Shown here: piece by piece, positions 39,357-49,648 of the stretch
Numbering within the stretch: position 1 is the first letter of the stretch
Layout: each line of letters opens with the position of its first letter
Made by a program: the position numbers and the translations under genes
Notes under the pieces: generated by a model
Told to the model about the DNA's origin: nothing
Seen by the model: only the letters and a program-made list of their open reading frames with translations
The model's database searches: none
Source of the DNA: Planctomycetota bacterium
Lineage (GTDB): Bacteria > Planctomycetota > GCA-002687715
NCBI GenBank assembly: GCA_002687715.1
Contig: NZBC01000048.1
Coordinates: 6,402 to 70,401 of the forward strand
Direction of reading: 5' to 3'
DNA length: 64,000 nucleotides

Positions 39357-41371
39357 TCTCCTCCGAATCCCTTGACCAAGGTCAGCACGTTCTCACCCTG
39401 CGGCGTCCGCTCATAGCGGACGTCATCCATCACGTTGCGAACGAGGAATATGCCGAGCCCGCCAGCCGACTCGTGGGAGAGGTCCGGCTCGGGTTCTGAC
39501 AGTGGGTCGAACGGCGCACCCGTGTCGCGCAACTCCAACGTGACGTGGTCCTCGGCGGGTTGAATCTCCAAGGCAAAGCACCCCGTCTCCCCCTCCGGCC
39601 ACGCATGCCGGATCACGTTCGATGCGGACTCGACCACGGCGAGTTGGACATCGAACATCGTCTGCTCGTCCGCCGCCAATCCGGGCAACGCCCGACAGCG
39701 GTCGAGAACGAAACGGCGGACCGAGGACAAGGACGACATCAATGCCGGGAGCTCGAGCTTCCACAGCGCCGGACCGTCCTCGATCCGGACCACGACGCAC
39801 GACAGGTCGTCGCTCAGGCCCACGGGCCCCGCGAAGTCGGTGACGACGTCGCGCAATCGGGCAGCAATGTCCGCGGCAGGTAGCGCAGCGCAACCTACGA
39901 GCGCCGCCGCGAGTCGCTCCACTCCGAACATCTCGCCAGACCATCCCGTAGCCTCCGTCATGCCGTCCGAGTAGAGGACGAACACGTCGCCCTTGACGAA
40001 GTGCACGTCTGCGGTCTCGTACTGCGTCGAGGCGTGCATCCCCAGCGGGAGGTTCACCAGGCCATCCCACTCCTTGCGAAGCCGATCCACCCGCCCCGTC
40101 CGACGCCGATAATGCAACCCCGGCGTGTGACCCCAATCGACGTACTCGAGCCGCGACGCGCCAGGCCGGAACCGCGTGTAGACCCCCGTGGCGAACGTGT
40201 CGACCTCGATCAGGCTCTCGGCCATGTCGCGATGAACCCGCGCCACGACCTCGTCGGGAGAACCGACGTGCTTCGCGTGCACCGAAGTCGCAGCATGGCG
40301 TGTGAAGTGGTTCTTGATCGCCGCACCGACCATCGCCGCCGGGAGCCCCTTCCCCATCACGTCACCGACGATGACGTCCGTGACGTCATCGTCGTGGGTG
40401 AAGAACTCCAAGAAGTCACCGTCGACCTGGCGCGACGCCACGGACACCGCAGCGACATCCAGGCCGGGCGTGAGATCGGGGACTCTGCCGATGAGCAGCG
40501 TCTCCTGGATCGTGGCCGCGATATCGAGCTCATGCTCGAGTTGCTTGGACTGGAGATGGCGCTGCCGCAGCCGGTCGTGGTCGACGATCATCGCCGACAG
40601 CGCGCAGAGTGCGCGGAGGTGCCCCATGTGTCGCGAGTCGAACGTCCCAGCATCGTCGTGCCAGACCTGCAGGGCGCCGATCGGCCCGGACTTGAGCAAC
40701 AAGGGAGAGATCGCGACCCGGTTGGCGAGCGCGAGCTCCGGAGCGGTCTCGTCGTCGTGCCGCCACCCGTTCACGATCAGGCCCTGGCCGATCTCCAACG
40801 CCCGACCAACGATGCCGCCGGTCCGTGGACGCGGGGAAGGCTCCGCGGTCCCTTCCCATCTGGCGGGGGTCAACGCTTCCCCGTCCGCCAACCACATGAT
40901 CGCCCGGAGACCGGGCTGGAACGCGACCGCACGCTCGATGATCGCCTGGAGCGCCCGCTCCGGCTCCAGTACCAACGCCGGATCGTCACTCAGTTCGTAC
41001 AACGACGCGAGGCTCTCGTGGGACACGAGGAGCTCTTCGCACAGGTGGTCACGATCTTGCTCCAGATCCGCGATCTGTCCGGAGAGGCAGAGAACCGCAT
41101 TGAGTCCGGCGTGCGCCGGACCGCGCACCCAGACTTCAGCCGCGTCGCCTCCACCGGAGATGTGCAGGAATCGCCAGCCATCTCCACCAGGCTTGCCGTC
41201 GAGGAACGGCGCGCCGACCTCGTGCGGACAATCAGCCGCGCGCGACAGCCATTGCACCTCGTCGCGCAATCGGACGGCGAGACTGTGCGTGGACCGCCCC
41301 GCAAGGAGCGGCTCGGTCAACCGTCGCAAGACGTCGATGAGCGGAGAGGGGATGTGCGGCGCGGTCACCAT
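39353..41371 (-). CDS. GAF + SpoIIE/RsbU PP2C phosphatase + RsbW-like HATPase fusion
   Basis: VDGDF, GDVMGKG, YSDGMTEA and DDLS phosphatase motifs; VESASNVIRHA, DTGAPFDP and GGLGIFLV kinase motifs. Confidence 0.9.
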   Translation of the reverse strand: MVTAPHIPSPLIDVLRRLTEPLLAGRSTHSLAVRLRDEVQWLSRAADCPHEVGAPFLDGKPGGDGWRFLHISGGGDAAEVWVRGPAHAGLNAVLCLSGQIADLEQDRDHLCEELLVSHESLASLYELSDDPALVLEPERALQAIIERAVAFQPGLRAIMWLADGEALTPARWEGTAEPSPRPRTGGIVGRALEIGQGLIVNGWRHDDETAPELALANRVAISPLLLKSGPIGALQVWHDDAGTFDSRHMGHLRALCALSAMIVDHDRLRQRHLQSKQLEHELDIAATIQETLLIGRVPDLTPGLDVAAVSVASRQVDGDFLEFFTHDDDVTDVIVGDVMGKGLPAAMVGAAIKNHFTRHAATSVHAKHVGSPDEVVARVHRDMAESLIEVDTFATGVYTRFRPGASRLEYVDWGHTPGLHYRRRTGRVDRLRKEWDGLVNLPLGMHASTQYETADVHFVKGDVFVLYSDGMTEATGWSGEMFGVERLAAALVGCAALPAADIAARLRDVVTDFAGPVGLSDDLSCVVVRIEDGPALWKLELPALMSSLSSVRRFVLDRCRALPGLAADEQTMFDVQLAVVESASNVIRHAWPEGETGCFALEIQPAEDHVTLELRDTGAPFDPLSEPEPDLSHESAGGLGIFLVRNVMDDVRYERTPQGENVLTLVKGFGGE

Positions 41372-41805
41372 CAGTCGACCGGGGCTCCGATCCGCGGCTG
41401 CACCCCGAGCGCCTCGAGCCGACGGAGGAGGCGCTGCGGGCTCATGGGTTTCGTGAAGTGGGCGTCGGCGTCAGCCCAGCCGGATTCGTCCCGGCGGCTC
41501 TCGAACCCCTGCCCGGTGTGGATCATGATGCGGAGGTCGGGAAAGTCGCGGCGCAACTCTCTGCACAGCTCGAGTCCCGAACGCCCCGGGAGCACCACGT
41601 CGAGGATGACCGCGTGGGGCTCGAACTCCTCGACCCGGGCCCGCACCTCGTCTCCGTCGCTCTCCACCTCGACCTGGTAGCCCGCCCGCTCGAGCTGGAA
41701 CCTCATGAGGTACGCGGTGTGACGTACCTCGTCCACGACGAGTACCCGGCCACGCTCCATGCCCTCATCCTCCGGCAGCCGCTGGCTGCTGCGTGCCTCG
41801 TTCAC
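41371..41805 (-). CDS. Single-domain response regulator receiver
   Basis: VLVVDE, ILDVVLPG, HTG and FTKP motifs; the start may be the internal ATG at 41760. Confidence 0.88.
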   Translation of the reverse strand: MNEARSSQRLPEDEGMERGRVLVVDEVRHTAYLMRFQLERAGYQVEVESDGDEVRARVEEFEPHAVILDVVLPGRSGLELCRELRRDFPDLRIMIHTGQGFESRRDESGWADADAHFTKPMSPQRLLRRLEALGVQPRIGAPVD

Positions 41806-42137
41806 GTGAACCGACTCCGCCGAGCCGGTTTCGACACCCGCCTGGCTCCGGTGGGGTGGGGAGCCGCTCCGTTCGAATTGTCGGCAGAAAGCGTCCGAGA
41901 CCCTGCGGACGAGCCCCGGCCTATCGATCGCGAACGCACGATCTGGCCGATCCGGCCGGGTTCAGGACCGCACGTGGCTCCACCGCCCCAGGGGCGCTCC
42001 AGCGCCTCGAACCTCCTCACCTCCCTCAAAAACCCGCACCCAACGTCACTCCGGCATCCGCGAGAAGGTCCCGGCATAGCCGTTGCGTTAGGTGCCGTCG
42101 GAACGAACAATCTCTGCGTCACATCGGGAGAAGACAA

Positions 42138-45026
42138 GTGGATCGGAGCGCACCTCTCATTTCGAAGTTACTGGTCGTCCTGACCTTCATCGCGACCTCG
42201 GTGTTCATCGCCGGGTGCGGTGGAGGCGGCAGTGGTGGGGGTGGGGGTGGCGGCCCCGCGCCGGGAGGCGGGTTCCTGACCATCACCGGAACCGTCTTCT
42301 ACGGCTTCGCGACGGGAGCCGGCGCGAACCGGAATCCGTTCCCCACGACGCCGCCGCTGGGAGTGCCCTTGCCCGCGGCAGCACCTCCGGGGTCGGGCAG
42401 CGTCAGCGGCGCGGAGTTCGGACTAGGGAATCCCGGGGAGCAGACGTTCATCGAGCTGACGTTCAACGTACCTCTCGATGCCACGACCATATTCCCGGGT
42501 AGCGGCGCCGCCACCGACGGAATCGTCATCTTTCTGAACACGATCGTCGGCGGGGCTCCTCAGTCCACGCCGGTGTCCTTCGTCCTCGACGCGGCGGGTG
42601 TCCTCAACGCCCAGAACGAGTTCCCCACGCCGACCGTCGCGCCGGCAACGTTGCGGCTCTACTACGATACCGACAACAACATCACGACCCCGGAGCGTCT
42701 GCCCGAGGGGTCCTACACCCTTCGTGTAACGGGCGCGCTGCGCGCCTCCGGCGGCGGCCTGTTCTGTACCGGTCCCAGCGGAACCGGCTGTAACGGCGCG
42801 GACGGATACCTGCCGGAGCTCTCGTTCAACGTCGGCAACGACACGACCCCCCTCGCGATGCGCGGCGGCGGCAGCGGCGTCGGCGCGAGCAACATCACGC
42901 AGGGCGACACCTCGGTCCCGCGCAACTCAGAGATCCATCTGAACTTCTCCAAGTCGGTGGACTTCCCATCCCTCGTCGGAGCCGCGAATCTCACCTCGCG
43001 CGACCCGTTCATCACGATCCCCTTCGGACTCGCGGCGGGTGCGTGCGCGACGGCGCCCGTGTTCGGTGCGAACATCGGCAACCTGTTCGTGGGGTACAAC
43101 GCGCCGACGAACCCCGGAACGGGAACGCCCGAGTCGCTGCCCATCGGCCTCGGTGTCGTCGTATACATGCCGGACCCGATCCTCGCCCCGAACCACGTAC
43201 GCGTTCGCTTCGTCGACGCGAGGCCGGCGCCCGCCGGCACGACGCCTGGGACGAGCGCGGAGCTCTCCGGCCTCGAGAACCTCAACCCGGGCGCGGGCCC
43301 GGTGACCTACCAGAACTACGCCAGCAACCCGACGCGCCTTCCCATCGCGAGCAACGCTCCCGGACAGGCGGTGGTGCTCCCGATCCCCGACCTGGAGGTG
43401 GTTCCCGGGTCGACCAACGGGTACAGCCCCGCGCTCGGTGCGACGGACCCACGGGCAGCGATCGTCGACCTGATGATCTCCGGTCCGGCGTTCGGCAATC
43501 CGTCCGGGATCGTGTGCGCGGCGCTTCCCGGCGGCGTTTTCGATCGCGTCTCGATGCCCGCCGCCAACGCGTTCGTGTTCAACCAGGTCCAGGCGGACTA
43601 TTGGCTGCGGTTCATCTTCGCCGAGAGCCCCGCACAGTCGAAGAACCCGCATCCGCCCGACGCCGTCTTCGTTGGCACGCAGAACGGGACGCCGGGGATC
43701 TCCGTCATCAATACCGCGCAGACCATGTCGGAGATCGGGGGCGTCACCACGGGTACGTGGGCGCCGAGCTGGGCCGGTGCCCAGCCGATCGGGACCGTGC
43801 TGCAGCAGCCGGAACCGCTCTCGGACCCCGGCATGCAGCCGATCGATCTCGAGATCGGTCACTGGATCCTGACCCAGACGACCCAGACTCCGACACAGAA
43901 CAACAGCATCGCCAACCCCGGCCGCGGCGTCACCGCGATCCCGGGGACGCCCGACACGCAGAACTCCACGACGCCGGACGGTCTCCTCGGCGTCCTCGGT
44001 GTTCAGCCTTCGCCGTTCCCGCCGCTGCAGCCGATGGGGAACTTCCTCTATGTCGCAGACGGAACGCAGAACATCGTCCGGATCCTGAACGGCTACGACT
44101 ACTCGCAGATCGGGATCATCAACGGCGTGGGCTCCCCCGGCGGTCTCGCGATCTCACCGGACCTAGAGTTCCTCTACGTCACGAACTCGCTCGGCGCCCA
44201 GCTCATCCGCGTCTACGCCAACCCCGTGGGTCCGCTCTTCCACCAGATCGCCCAGGTGATCGCTGTCGGTTCTGCACCGGGCGCGGTCTCAGTCCAGCCC
44301 GGGAACGAGGACGCCATCGTCTGCAACTTCGGGGAGAACTCCATCTCCATCGTCGACGTGAACGCTGGCCAGGAAGTGGACCGTCTCGCCCTCCAGGGCG
44401 GCATCGGCCCGAGCGAAGTGCTCATCACGAACCGGATGACCCCCGGGACCGCCGCGTACATGGCATTCGTCCTCAACCGGTTCAGTGACAACGTGAGCGT
44501 GTACGAGTCCGACTCCCCGCTCGTCCCGGAGAACGGCACCTACGGTGTCATCAAGGCCACGATCGGCGGGTTCAACGGCCCGCGCCGCGGCTGCTGGAAC
44601 CTGATCACGTTCATCGGCCTGACGACCGAGCCCGGTGCGTTCATCGCCAACACCCAGGGTGACCGGGTGGAAGAGCTCACGCTCACCAACTTCACCCTGT
44701 CGACACCGCCGCCCCTACCCGGCCCCGTCGGCACCCGGACGTTCCGCATCCTGAAGACGTACCCGAGCCTCGGCCCCCTCGCCGGCGCCGCCCCGTCCGA
44801 CGTCAGCATCGACACGAGCTCCGGCCTCTACAACGTCCTCGCCTTCGGTGTGAACAACAACAAGAGCATGGCCGACCCCTCCGTCGGCGGCGGCACCCCG
44901 ACCTTCGTGCTGGTGAGCTACCCATCGGCCGGCCTCGTCGCCGTCTGGGACCACGGCGCGCCCGTCCTGCGCTCGACCGCGAACGTGCCCGGGTGCGACT
45001 TCATGCAGTCGTACTACGACCAGTAG
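42138..45026 (+). CDS. Large lipoprotein with Ig-like domains and a YVTN-type beta-propeller
   Basis: GTG start after GGGAG; lipobox IAGC followed by poly-Gly; LYVAD/LYVTN repeats. Confidence 0.8.
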   Translation: MDRSAPLISKLLVVLTFIATSVFIAGCGGGGSGGGGGGGPAPGGGFLTITGTVFYGFATGAGANRNPFPTTPPLGVPLPAAAPPGSGSVSGAEFGLGNPGEQTFIELTFNVPLDATTIFPGSGAATDGIVIFLNTIVGGAPQSTPVSFVLDAAGVLNAQNEFPTPTVAPATLRLYYDTDNNITTPERLPEGSYTLRVTGALRASGGGLFCTGPSGTGCNGADGYLPELSFNVGNDTTPLAMRGGGSGVGASNITQGDTSVPRNSEIHLNFSKSVDFPSLVGAANLTSRDPFITIPFGLAAGACATAPVFGANIGNLFVGYNAPTNPGTGTPESLPIGLGVVVYMPDPILAPNHVRVRFVDARPAPAGTTPGTSAELSGLENLNPGAGPVTYQNYASNPTRLPIASNAPGQAVVLPIPDLEVVPGSTNGYSPALGATDPRAAIVDLMISGPAFGNPSGIVCAALPGGVFDRVSMPAANAFVFNQVQADYWLRFIFAESPAQSKNPHPPDAVFVGTQNGTPGISVINTAQTMSEIGGVTTGTWAPSWAGAQPIGTVLQQPEPLSDPGMQPIDLEIGHWILTQTTQTPTQNNSIANPGRGVTAIPGTPDTQNSTTPDGLLGVLGVQPSPFPPLQPMGNFLYVADGTQNIVRILNGYDYSQIGIINGVGSPGGLAISPDLEFLYVTNSLGAQLIRVYANPVGPLFHQIAQVIAVGSAPGAVSVQPGNEDAIVCNFGENSISIVDVNAGQEVDRLALQGGIGPSEVLITNRMTPGTAAYMAFVLNRFSDNVSVYESDSPLVPENGTYGVIKATIGGFNGPRRGCWNLITFIGLTTEPGAFIANTQGDRVEELTLTNFTLSTPPPLPGPVGTRTFRILKTYPSLGPLAGAAPSDVSIDTSSGLYNVLAFGVNNNKSMADPSVGGGTPTFVLVSYPSAGLVAVWDHGAPVLRSTANVPGCDFMQSYYDQ

Positions 45027-45086
45027 GCTGCATCCGTTCATCGAGTGGTGATGCCCCGGCCTGACAACCGGGTTCGGCCAGTGGTC

Positions 45087-46808
45087 TTACTGGATCGCGA
45101 CCCGCACGACGGGTGCCACCGGTCCCAGCTGGGTGCCCGTGAAGTCGAAGCAGACGGCATCGAGCGTCAGTGGCGGGACCGAGACTGGAGCCCAGGTGAC
45201 CGCACCCTGGTTCGCGATGAAGTGGAACGGGGCGGCGCCCACCGGGGCTTGCACCTGCGCGATGAGGAACGCCGGGTTCGTCGCACAGAGGCCGAGGAAG
45301 ATGCCGGAACCGACCGGGCCGGGGCAGGGCTCGGGGCTGAAAACGTTGAAGTACTCGTTGCCGACGGTGAGCCCCGTGTTCTCGATGATCAAGGGCGTGC
45401 CGGGTCCCCCGGGCTGGGTCATCGAGAGCGCGGGGGTGGGGACGGAGAACTCCCAGGCGCCGATGTCCCAGGCACCACCGAAGGGTCGCGGGTTGCCGCT
45501 GAAGTCGACGGTGAAGAATGACGACAGGTCCTCCCCCGCATCGCGAGCCGGGCTCCCGAACTGGAGGCGAGCGCCAGTCGCGGTCATCGAGGAAACGGAC
45601 CCCTGGAACTGGGGGTCGGCCACCAGCCCCGTCGGGTCATGGCCCAGGTTCTCCCAGGCCGCGAAGTCGATCTCGGTGGTATTGACGTCGAATCGCCCAC
45701 CGATCGATAGCGGATCGTCGTCCGGCCAGTACAGGTTGCGCTCCATGAGGGCGGCCGCCGTCGAGTTGAGCACCCAGTGCATGGACTCGGCACTCGCGCA
45801 GTAGGAGATGTTGTTGCGGACGTCGACGTTCCAGGCCTGGTCGGCCAAGAACGACGGGCCTGCATCCACCACGTTGAGATTCACGATGGTGTTGTTGTGG
45901 GCCGTCAGGGTTGCCTGATCGACGACGACGATCCCGCCGCCGAGGTTCGCGGCGTCGGGCGCGATCACGATCACGTTGTTGTAGGCCGTCCCAACGCTGC
46001 CCAGCCCGTACACGCCAATCGCGCGCTTGCTGCGCCCGCTGATGAAGTTGCTGTGCGCGACGAACCGCGACCCCTGCCCCGAGGGTCCGCGCGAGCCGTT
46101 GATGCCCGCCTTGGTGAACGGGCCGACGATCGTGTTGCCGGAGATCTCACTCACCGGCCAGAACGAGTCATGCAGTGCGATGCCGTCCACCGCGAGCAAG
46201 GTCGTGCCGAGGTCGTGGATGTTGCACCCGCGCACGTTGACGGCGGTCACATACGCGTTGACCGCATCGTTCTCGCAGTGGTGGATATGGCAGTCCTCGA
46301 TCGTCGCGATCCCCGGCTGCCAGAGCGCCACCACTCCGTAGTTTGAGGCCAGCTCGATCTCGCATCGCCGGACGACGACCCGGTCGCAGACGCGAAACTC
46401 GACCGTATTCTGGCCTCCGATCAGATGCAGATCCTCGATGATGACGTCGGTGCGGAGATCGAGGTACACCGCTCCCGTAGTCATGCTCGATCCGCCGTCG
46501 ATCACGGGCGGAGCCCCGACGCCATAGCGCCCGACGATGATGGGGTCGGTCGGAGAGCCGGACCAGCCGACGACGAACTCACCGGCCCAGGTGTCGTCGG
46601 CGCGCAGCAAGACGCGATCGCCGGGCAGGAGCGGCGCGTTGGAGGCGCGCGCGAGTGACTGCCAGGGCGCTGCCGGCGACGTCCCGGCGTTCAGGTCGTT
46701 GCCGGCGCTGGCAGAGACGTAGTAGCTCACGCCCTGGGCCGGGACTGACGCCGAGGCCAGCAAGCAGATCACGACCACGAACGTGCCAAGAGTGGTGGGG
46801 GTTGGCAT
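45087..46808 (-). CDS. Secreted right-handed parallel beta-helix protein
   Basis: Signal peptide; YYVSASAGNDLNAGTSPAAPWQSL; beta-helix repeats; WDIGAWEF motif; C-terminal domain. Confidence 0.85.
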   Translation of the reverse strand: MPTPTTLGTFVVVICLLASASVPAQGVSYYVSASAGNDLNAGTSPAAPWQSLARASNAPLLPGDRVLLRADDTWAGEFVVGWSGSPTDPIIVGRYGVGAPPVIDGGSSMTTGAVYLDLRTDVIIEDLHLIGGQNTVEFRVCDRVVVRRCEIELASNYGVVALWQPGIATIEDCHIHHCENDAVNAYVTAVNVRGCNIHDLGTTLLAVDGIALHDSFWPVSEISGNTIVGPFTKAGINGSRGPSGQGSRFVAHSNFISGRSKRAIGVYGLGSVGTAYNNVIVIAPDAANLGGGIVVVDQATLTAHNNTIVNLNVVDAGPSFLADQAWNVDVRNNISYCASAESMHWVLNSTAAALMERNLYWPDDDPLSIGGRFDVNTTEIDFAAWENLGHDPTGLVADPQFQGSVSSMTATGARLQFGSPARDAGEDLSSFFTVDFSGNPRPFGGAWDIGAWEFSVPTPALSMTQPGGPGTPLIIENTGLTVGNEYFNVFSPEPCPGPVGSGIFLGLCATNPAFLIAQVQAPVGAAPFHFIANQGAVTWAPVSVPPLTLDAVCFDFTGTQLGPVAPVVRVAIQ

Positions 46809-46958
46809 GAGTCTGGCAAGAGTACCCCACTGCTGCCCCTGGCGTCGGTCGAAGCACCGTGAGTCTGGCTGCCCGGGCTGCAGGACGGCTCACCATCTCC
46901 GAGGGGCTCGAGATCCACGTCGGCAAACGACCCTGCCTCTCCCGGACGTCGTAATGGA

Positions 46959-46993
46959 AGACCCGCCCGCCGGGGTTGCCGACGGGCGGGTCT
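46959..46993 (-). terminator. Hairpin downstream of a small ORF
   Basis: AGACCCGCCCG / CGGGCGGGTCT inverted repeat. Confidence 0.5.
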
Positions 46994-47026
46994 CGCGCAA
47001 GTTTCCAGGTCCGAGTCGTTGCTGGT

Positions 47027-47131
47027 TCAGATCATCGCGATGCGAACGACCAGGCTGACATTCCAGGCGACGATCCCCATCAGCGCCAGGGTGCCAAGTG
47101 CTCTGCCAAGGTTGAGTTTCGCGATTGCCAT
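47027..47131 (-). CDS. Putative 34-aa single-TM small protein
   Basis: MAIAKLNLGRALGTLALMGIVAWNVSLVVRIAMI; GGAG RBS 6 nt upstream; hairpin downstream. Confidence 0.5.
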   Translation of the reverse strand: MAIAKLNLGRALGTLALMGIVAWNVSLVVRIAMI

Positions 47132-47276
47132 GATCATCTCCGCTGTCCACAGAGCAGGAACGGACCTGCGTGGACGGAGGGGTCACGGCTCCTGAACCTG
47201 CCCGAGTCAGCCGCTTTCGGGGGCCGAGCCCCTAAGCTCGCCGGCTCCGGAGCATCCGGTATCCGGAGGAACGATC

Positions 47277-48272
47277 ATGAGACAACTCGCCTCGCCCGTG
47301 GCTGCTGCGATCGTCGTCGCCAGCGTAGCCGGCGCCCAGGAGTCAGCGATACCGGAGCAGGACCTCGCGCTGCGGGTGGTGCTCGAGAAGACCGCGCTCG
47401 AGCAGGTCGCAAGGGTGAAGGCGGCCGTGGTGTTCGCCAACCGCGGGAGCCAATCGATCCGGTTCCACGCACCGTGGCACGTACCCCTGATCCGATTCCC
47501 CAGCTGGCGGTTCATCGCCCCGAACGGCGAGGAGTTCCGCCCGCCGCACGTCCCCTTCGGCAGCAAGGCGCGGTCGGGGATGCAGGGAGACATCGTCACC
47601 CTCGAACCCGGCGCGGCGAAGCGCTACGACTTCGACTTCTCGACGTTCGTTCCGGCGCGGGCGGCGAAGAACGACGTCCGCATCCACACCCCGCTAGCGC
47701 TCGCCCCGGGGACGTGGAAGGTCTCCGTCGACTACACCCGCAGGGACGACCGGGTCCCCCATCGAAGCTCCCCGTTCGCGCGTAGCGGGCTTCGCTCCGT
47801 GCCCGGCCTGTGGATCGGATCGGCGAAGAGCGTGCCCGTGACCCTGACCATCGCACCGTCAACGCGACCGCTCCTGCGCATCTCGGGTCCGCGGGACATC
47901 GTGCCCGGCCTGGCCTATCCGCTCGAGATCAGCGTCCAGAACCCGGCCAAGACCGCGCTCGAGCTCGAGGGTGCGTTTCGGGTCCGGGCGTGGACCAAGG
48001 CCGAGCGCGAGGTCTCAGCCGTCCTGGTCCCGGCTGGAGCCGGGCTGCGCCCCGGCGAAGCCGCGACGATCTCCGTTCCCGCCGGTGCGACCCGATCGTG
48101 GACCGTGGACCTGTCCGGGATCACGCTCCGCGGCAGGGACGCCACGAGGTCCGGCAAGCTCGCGGATCTGTTCCGCTTCTCCCCCAGTCTCATCTGCGTC
48201 CTCACGGGCACCGATGGGACGAAAGTGCTCGCGTCGAACGCCCTCCGCCGCTTCATCGCGAAGAAGCGGTGA
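47277..48272 (+). CDS. Secreted hypothetical protein (two Ig-like modules)
   Basis: GGAGG RBS; signal peptide ending VAGA-Q. Confidence 0.7.
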   Translation: MRQLASPVAAAIVVASVAGAQESAIPEQDLALRVVLEKTALEQVARVKAAVVFANRGSQSIRFHAPWHVPLIRFPSWRFIAPNGEEFRPPHVPFGSKARSGMQGDIVTLEPGAAKRYDFDFSTFVPARAAKNDVRIHTPLALAPGTWKVSVDYTRRDDRVPHRSSPFARSGLRSVPGLWIGSAKSVPVTLTIAPSTRPLLRISGPRDIVPGLAYPLEISVQNPAKTALELEGAFRVRAWTKAEREVSAVLVPAGAGLRPGEAATISVPAGATRSWTVDLSGITLRGRDATRSGKLADLFRFSPSLICVLTGTDGTKVLASNALRRFIAKKR

Positions 48273-48280
48273 CGCGGCGG

Positions 48281-49648
48281 CTACTTCATCGCCTCGATCA
48301 GCTCGTTGATCATGCGCTTGGAGTAGCCCGTCGTCGACTCGTCCTTCATGACCGCACGGAGCGCCGGAATGATCGAACGATCTCCGAACTTCGCGAGCGC
48401 GCGCGCGGCCTGGCCGCGGTAGCCGTAGTAGTCGTTGCCGGTCCGGGCGATGTTCAGCAGAAAGGGCTTCGACTCCTTCGCCGCAACGGCGCCGATACTG
48501 CCGAGGGCGTCGAGGATGCCCGTACGGAGGTACATGCCCTTCACTCCGTCGAGGCCTTCCACCTCTGGCCCGGTCCCGTCGTCGTCGGTGATCGTGGACC
48601 ACGCTGCGATCAGTCGCGACGTCGCCCGGAGATCGGCGGCCGAGTCGACGGACCGGATCGCCGCGAGCCGGAGCGCGTGAGCAGCCTCCCCGTCGACGAT
48701 CAAACCCAGGATCTCGTCGTCGACGAACGTCGGGCCGAGAAGCCCGAGCTGACCGATGGCGGTGCACCGCATGGACGGCGTCGAATCCGGGTCCGTCCGG
48801 ATGCGCGTGAGCGCGGCCGCCGCCTGGGGCCCGCCAACGCCCCCGATCTCCCCGATCGCGCGACGGGTCTCCCACGCACTCTGCGCGCCCGCGAGGAGAT
48901 GCTCTATCCCTCGTACGTCACGCTTGTCGACCAGGAGCGAGAGCGCATCCTCGAAGAGCCGATCGCGTTCCGCGAACGGGGCGGTTCCCTCCCCCGAGTC
49001 GAGCTCCTTCAGCAGCGTGGGGAGGATCGAGCCGTCCCGGAAGCCGCGGACGCGATCGACGAACGCCTCCCACGGCTTCTTCTGGTCGAACGACACCTGC
49101 CACTGTCCTGTGGGGACGCTTCCCCGGGCGAAGAAGAGCACGACCCACGTCTCGCTTTTGAACCGCGGCGGCGCCGGACAGCCCTCGACCGGAAGCTGAC
49201 GCAAATCGATCTTCTTGCCCCGGCGCCCGCCCTTGAGGAAGTGCCGGACCGACAGCTTGAATCGGACTCCCGCGTCCTGTTGCAGATACCCGGCCGCGAC
49301 GAGCTCAGCTGCGTCGATCAACTCGAGCAGGGTCAGCCGGATCTCGTCCAGGTGCTCTTCGGTGCGATCGTTCGCGATGAGGACGATCTCGGCGATCTCC
49401 CGCCGAGACTGATCGGCCGTCGCCGTTTCGGATTCGTCACCGGCGAAGATCAGGCCGAGGAACGTCGCGAGCACCGCAGCCGCGACCGCGAGCACGAGTC
49501 CGGTCGCCATCGGGGCCGCTGCGTATCGCTGCCGCGCCAGGGCAGTCACGCGGCGCTCGAGGCCCTCCGCGATTCCCAGCCCCGGCACCGGACTCGCCGC
49601 GGCCAACAAACGCTCCCAGACGATCGGGTCCACAGGATCACGTGACAT
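48281..49648 (-). CDS. Membrane-anchored HEAT-repeat protein, putative anti-sigma factor
   Basis: Single TM and C-terminal HEAT repeats (RGQAARALAKFGD); overlaps the end of the ECF gene. Confidence 0.7.
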   Translation of the reverse strand: MSRDPVDPIVWERLLAAASPVPGLGIAEGLERRVTALARQRYAAAPMATGLVLAVAAAVLATFLGLIFAGDESETATADQSRREIAEIVLIANDRTEEHLDEIRLTLLELIDAAELVAAGYLQQDAGVRFKLSVRHFLKGGRRGKKIDLRQLPVEGCPAPPRFKSETWVVLFFARGSVPTGQWQVSFDQKKPWEAFVDRVRGFRDGSILPTLLKELDSGEGTAPFAERDRLFEDALSLLVDKRDVRGIEHLLAGAQSAWETRRAIGEIGGVGGPQAAAALTRIRTDPDSTPSMRCTAIGQLGLLGPTFVDDEILGLIVDGEAAHALRLAAIRSVDSAADLRATSRLIAAWSTITDDDGTGPEVEGLDGVKGMYLRTGILDALGSIGAVAAKESKPFLLNIARTGNDYYGYRGQAARALAKFGDRSIIPALRAVMKDESTTGYSKRMINELIEAMK

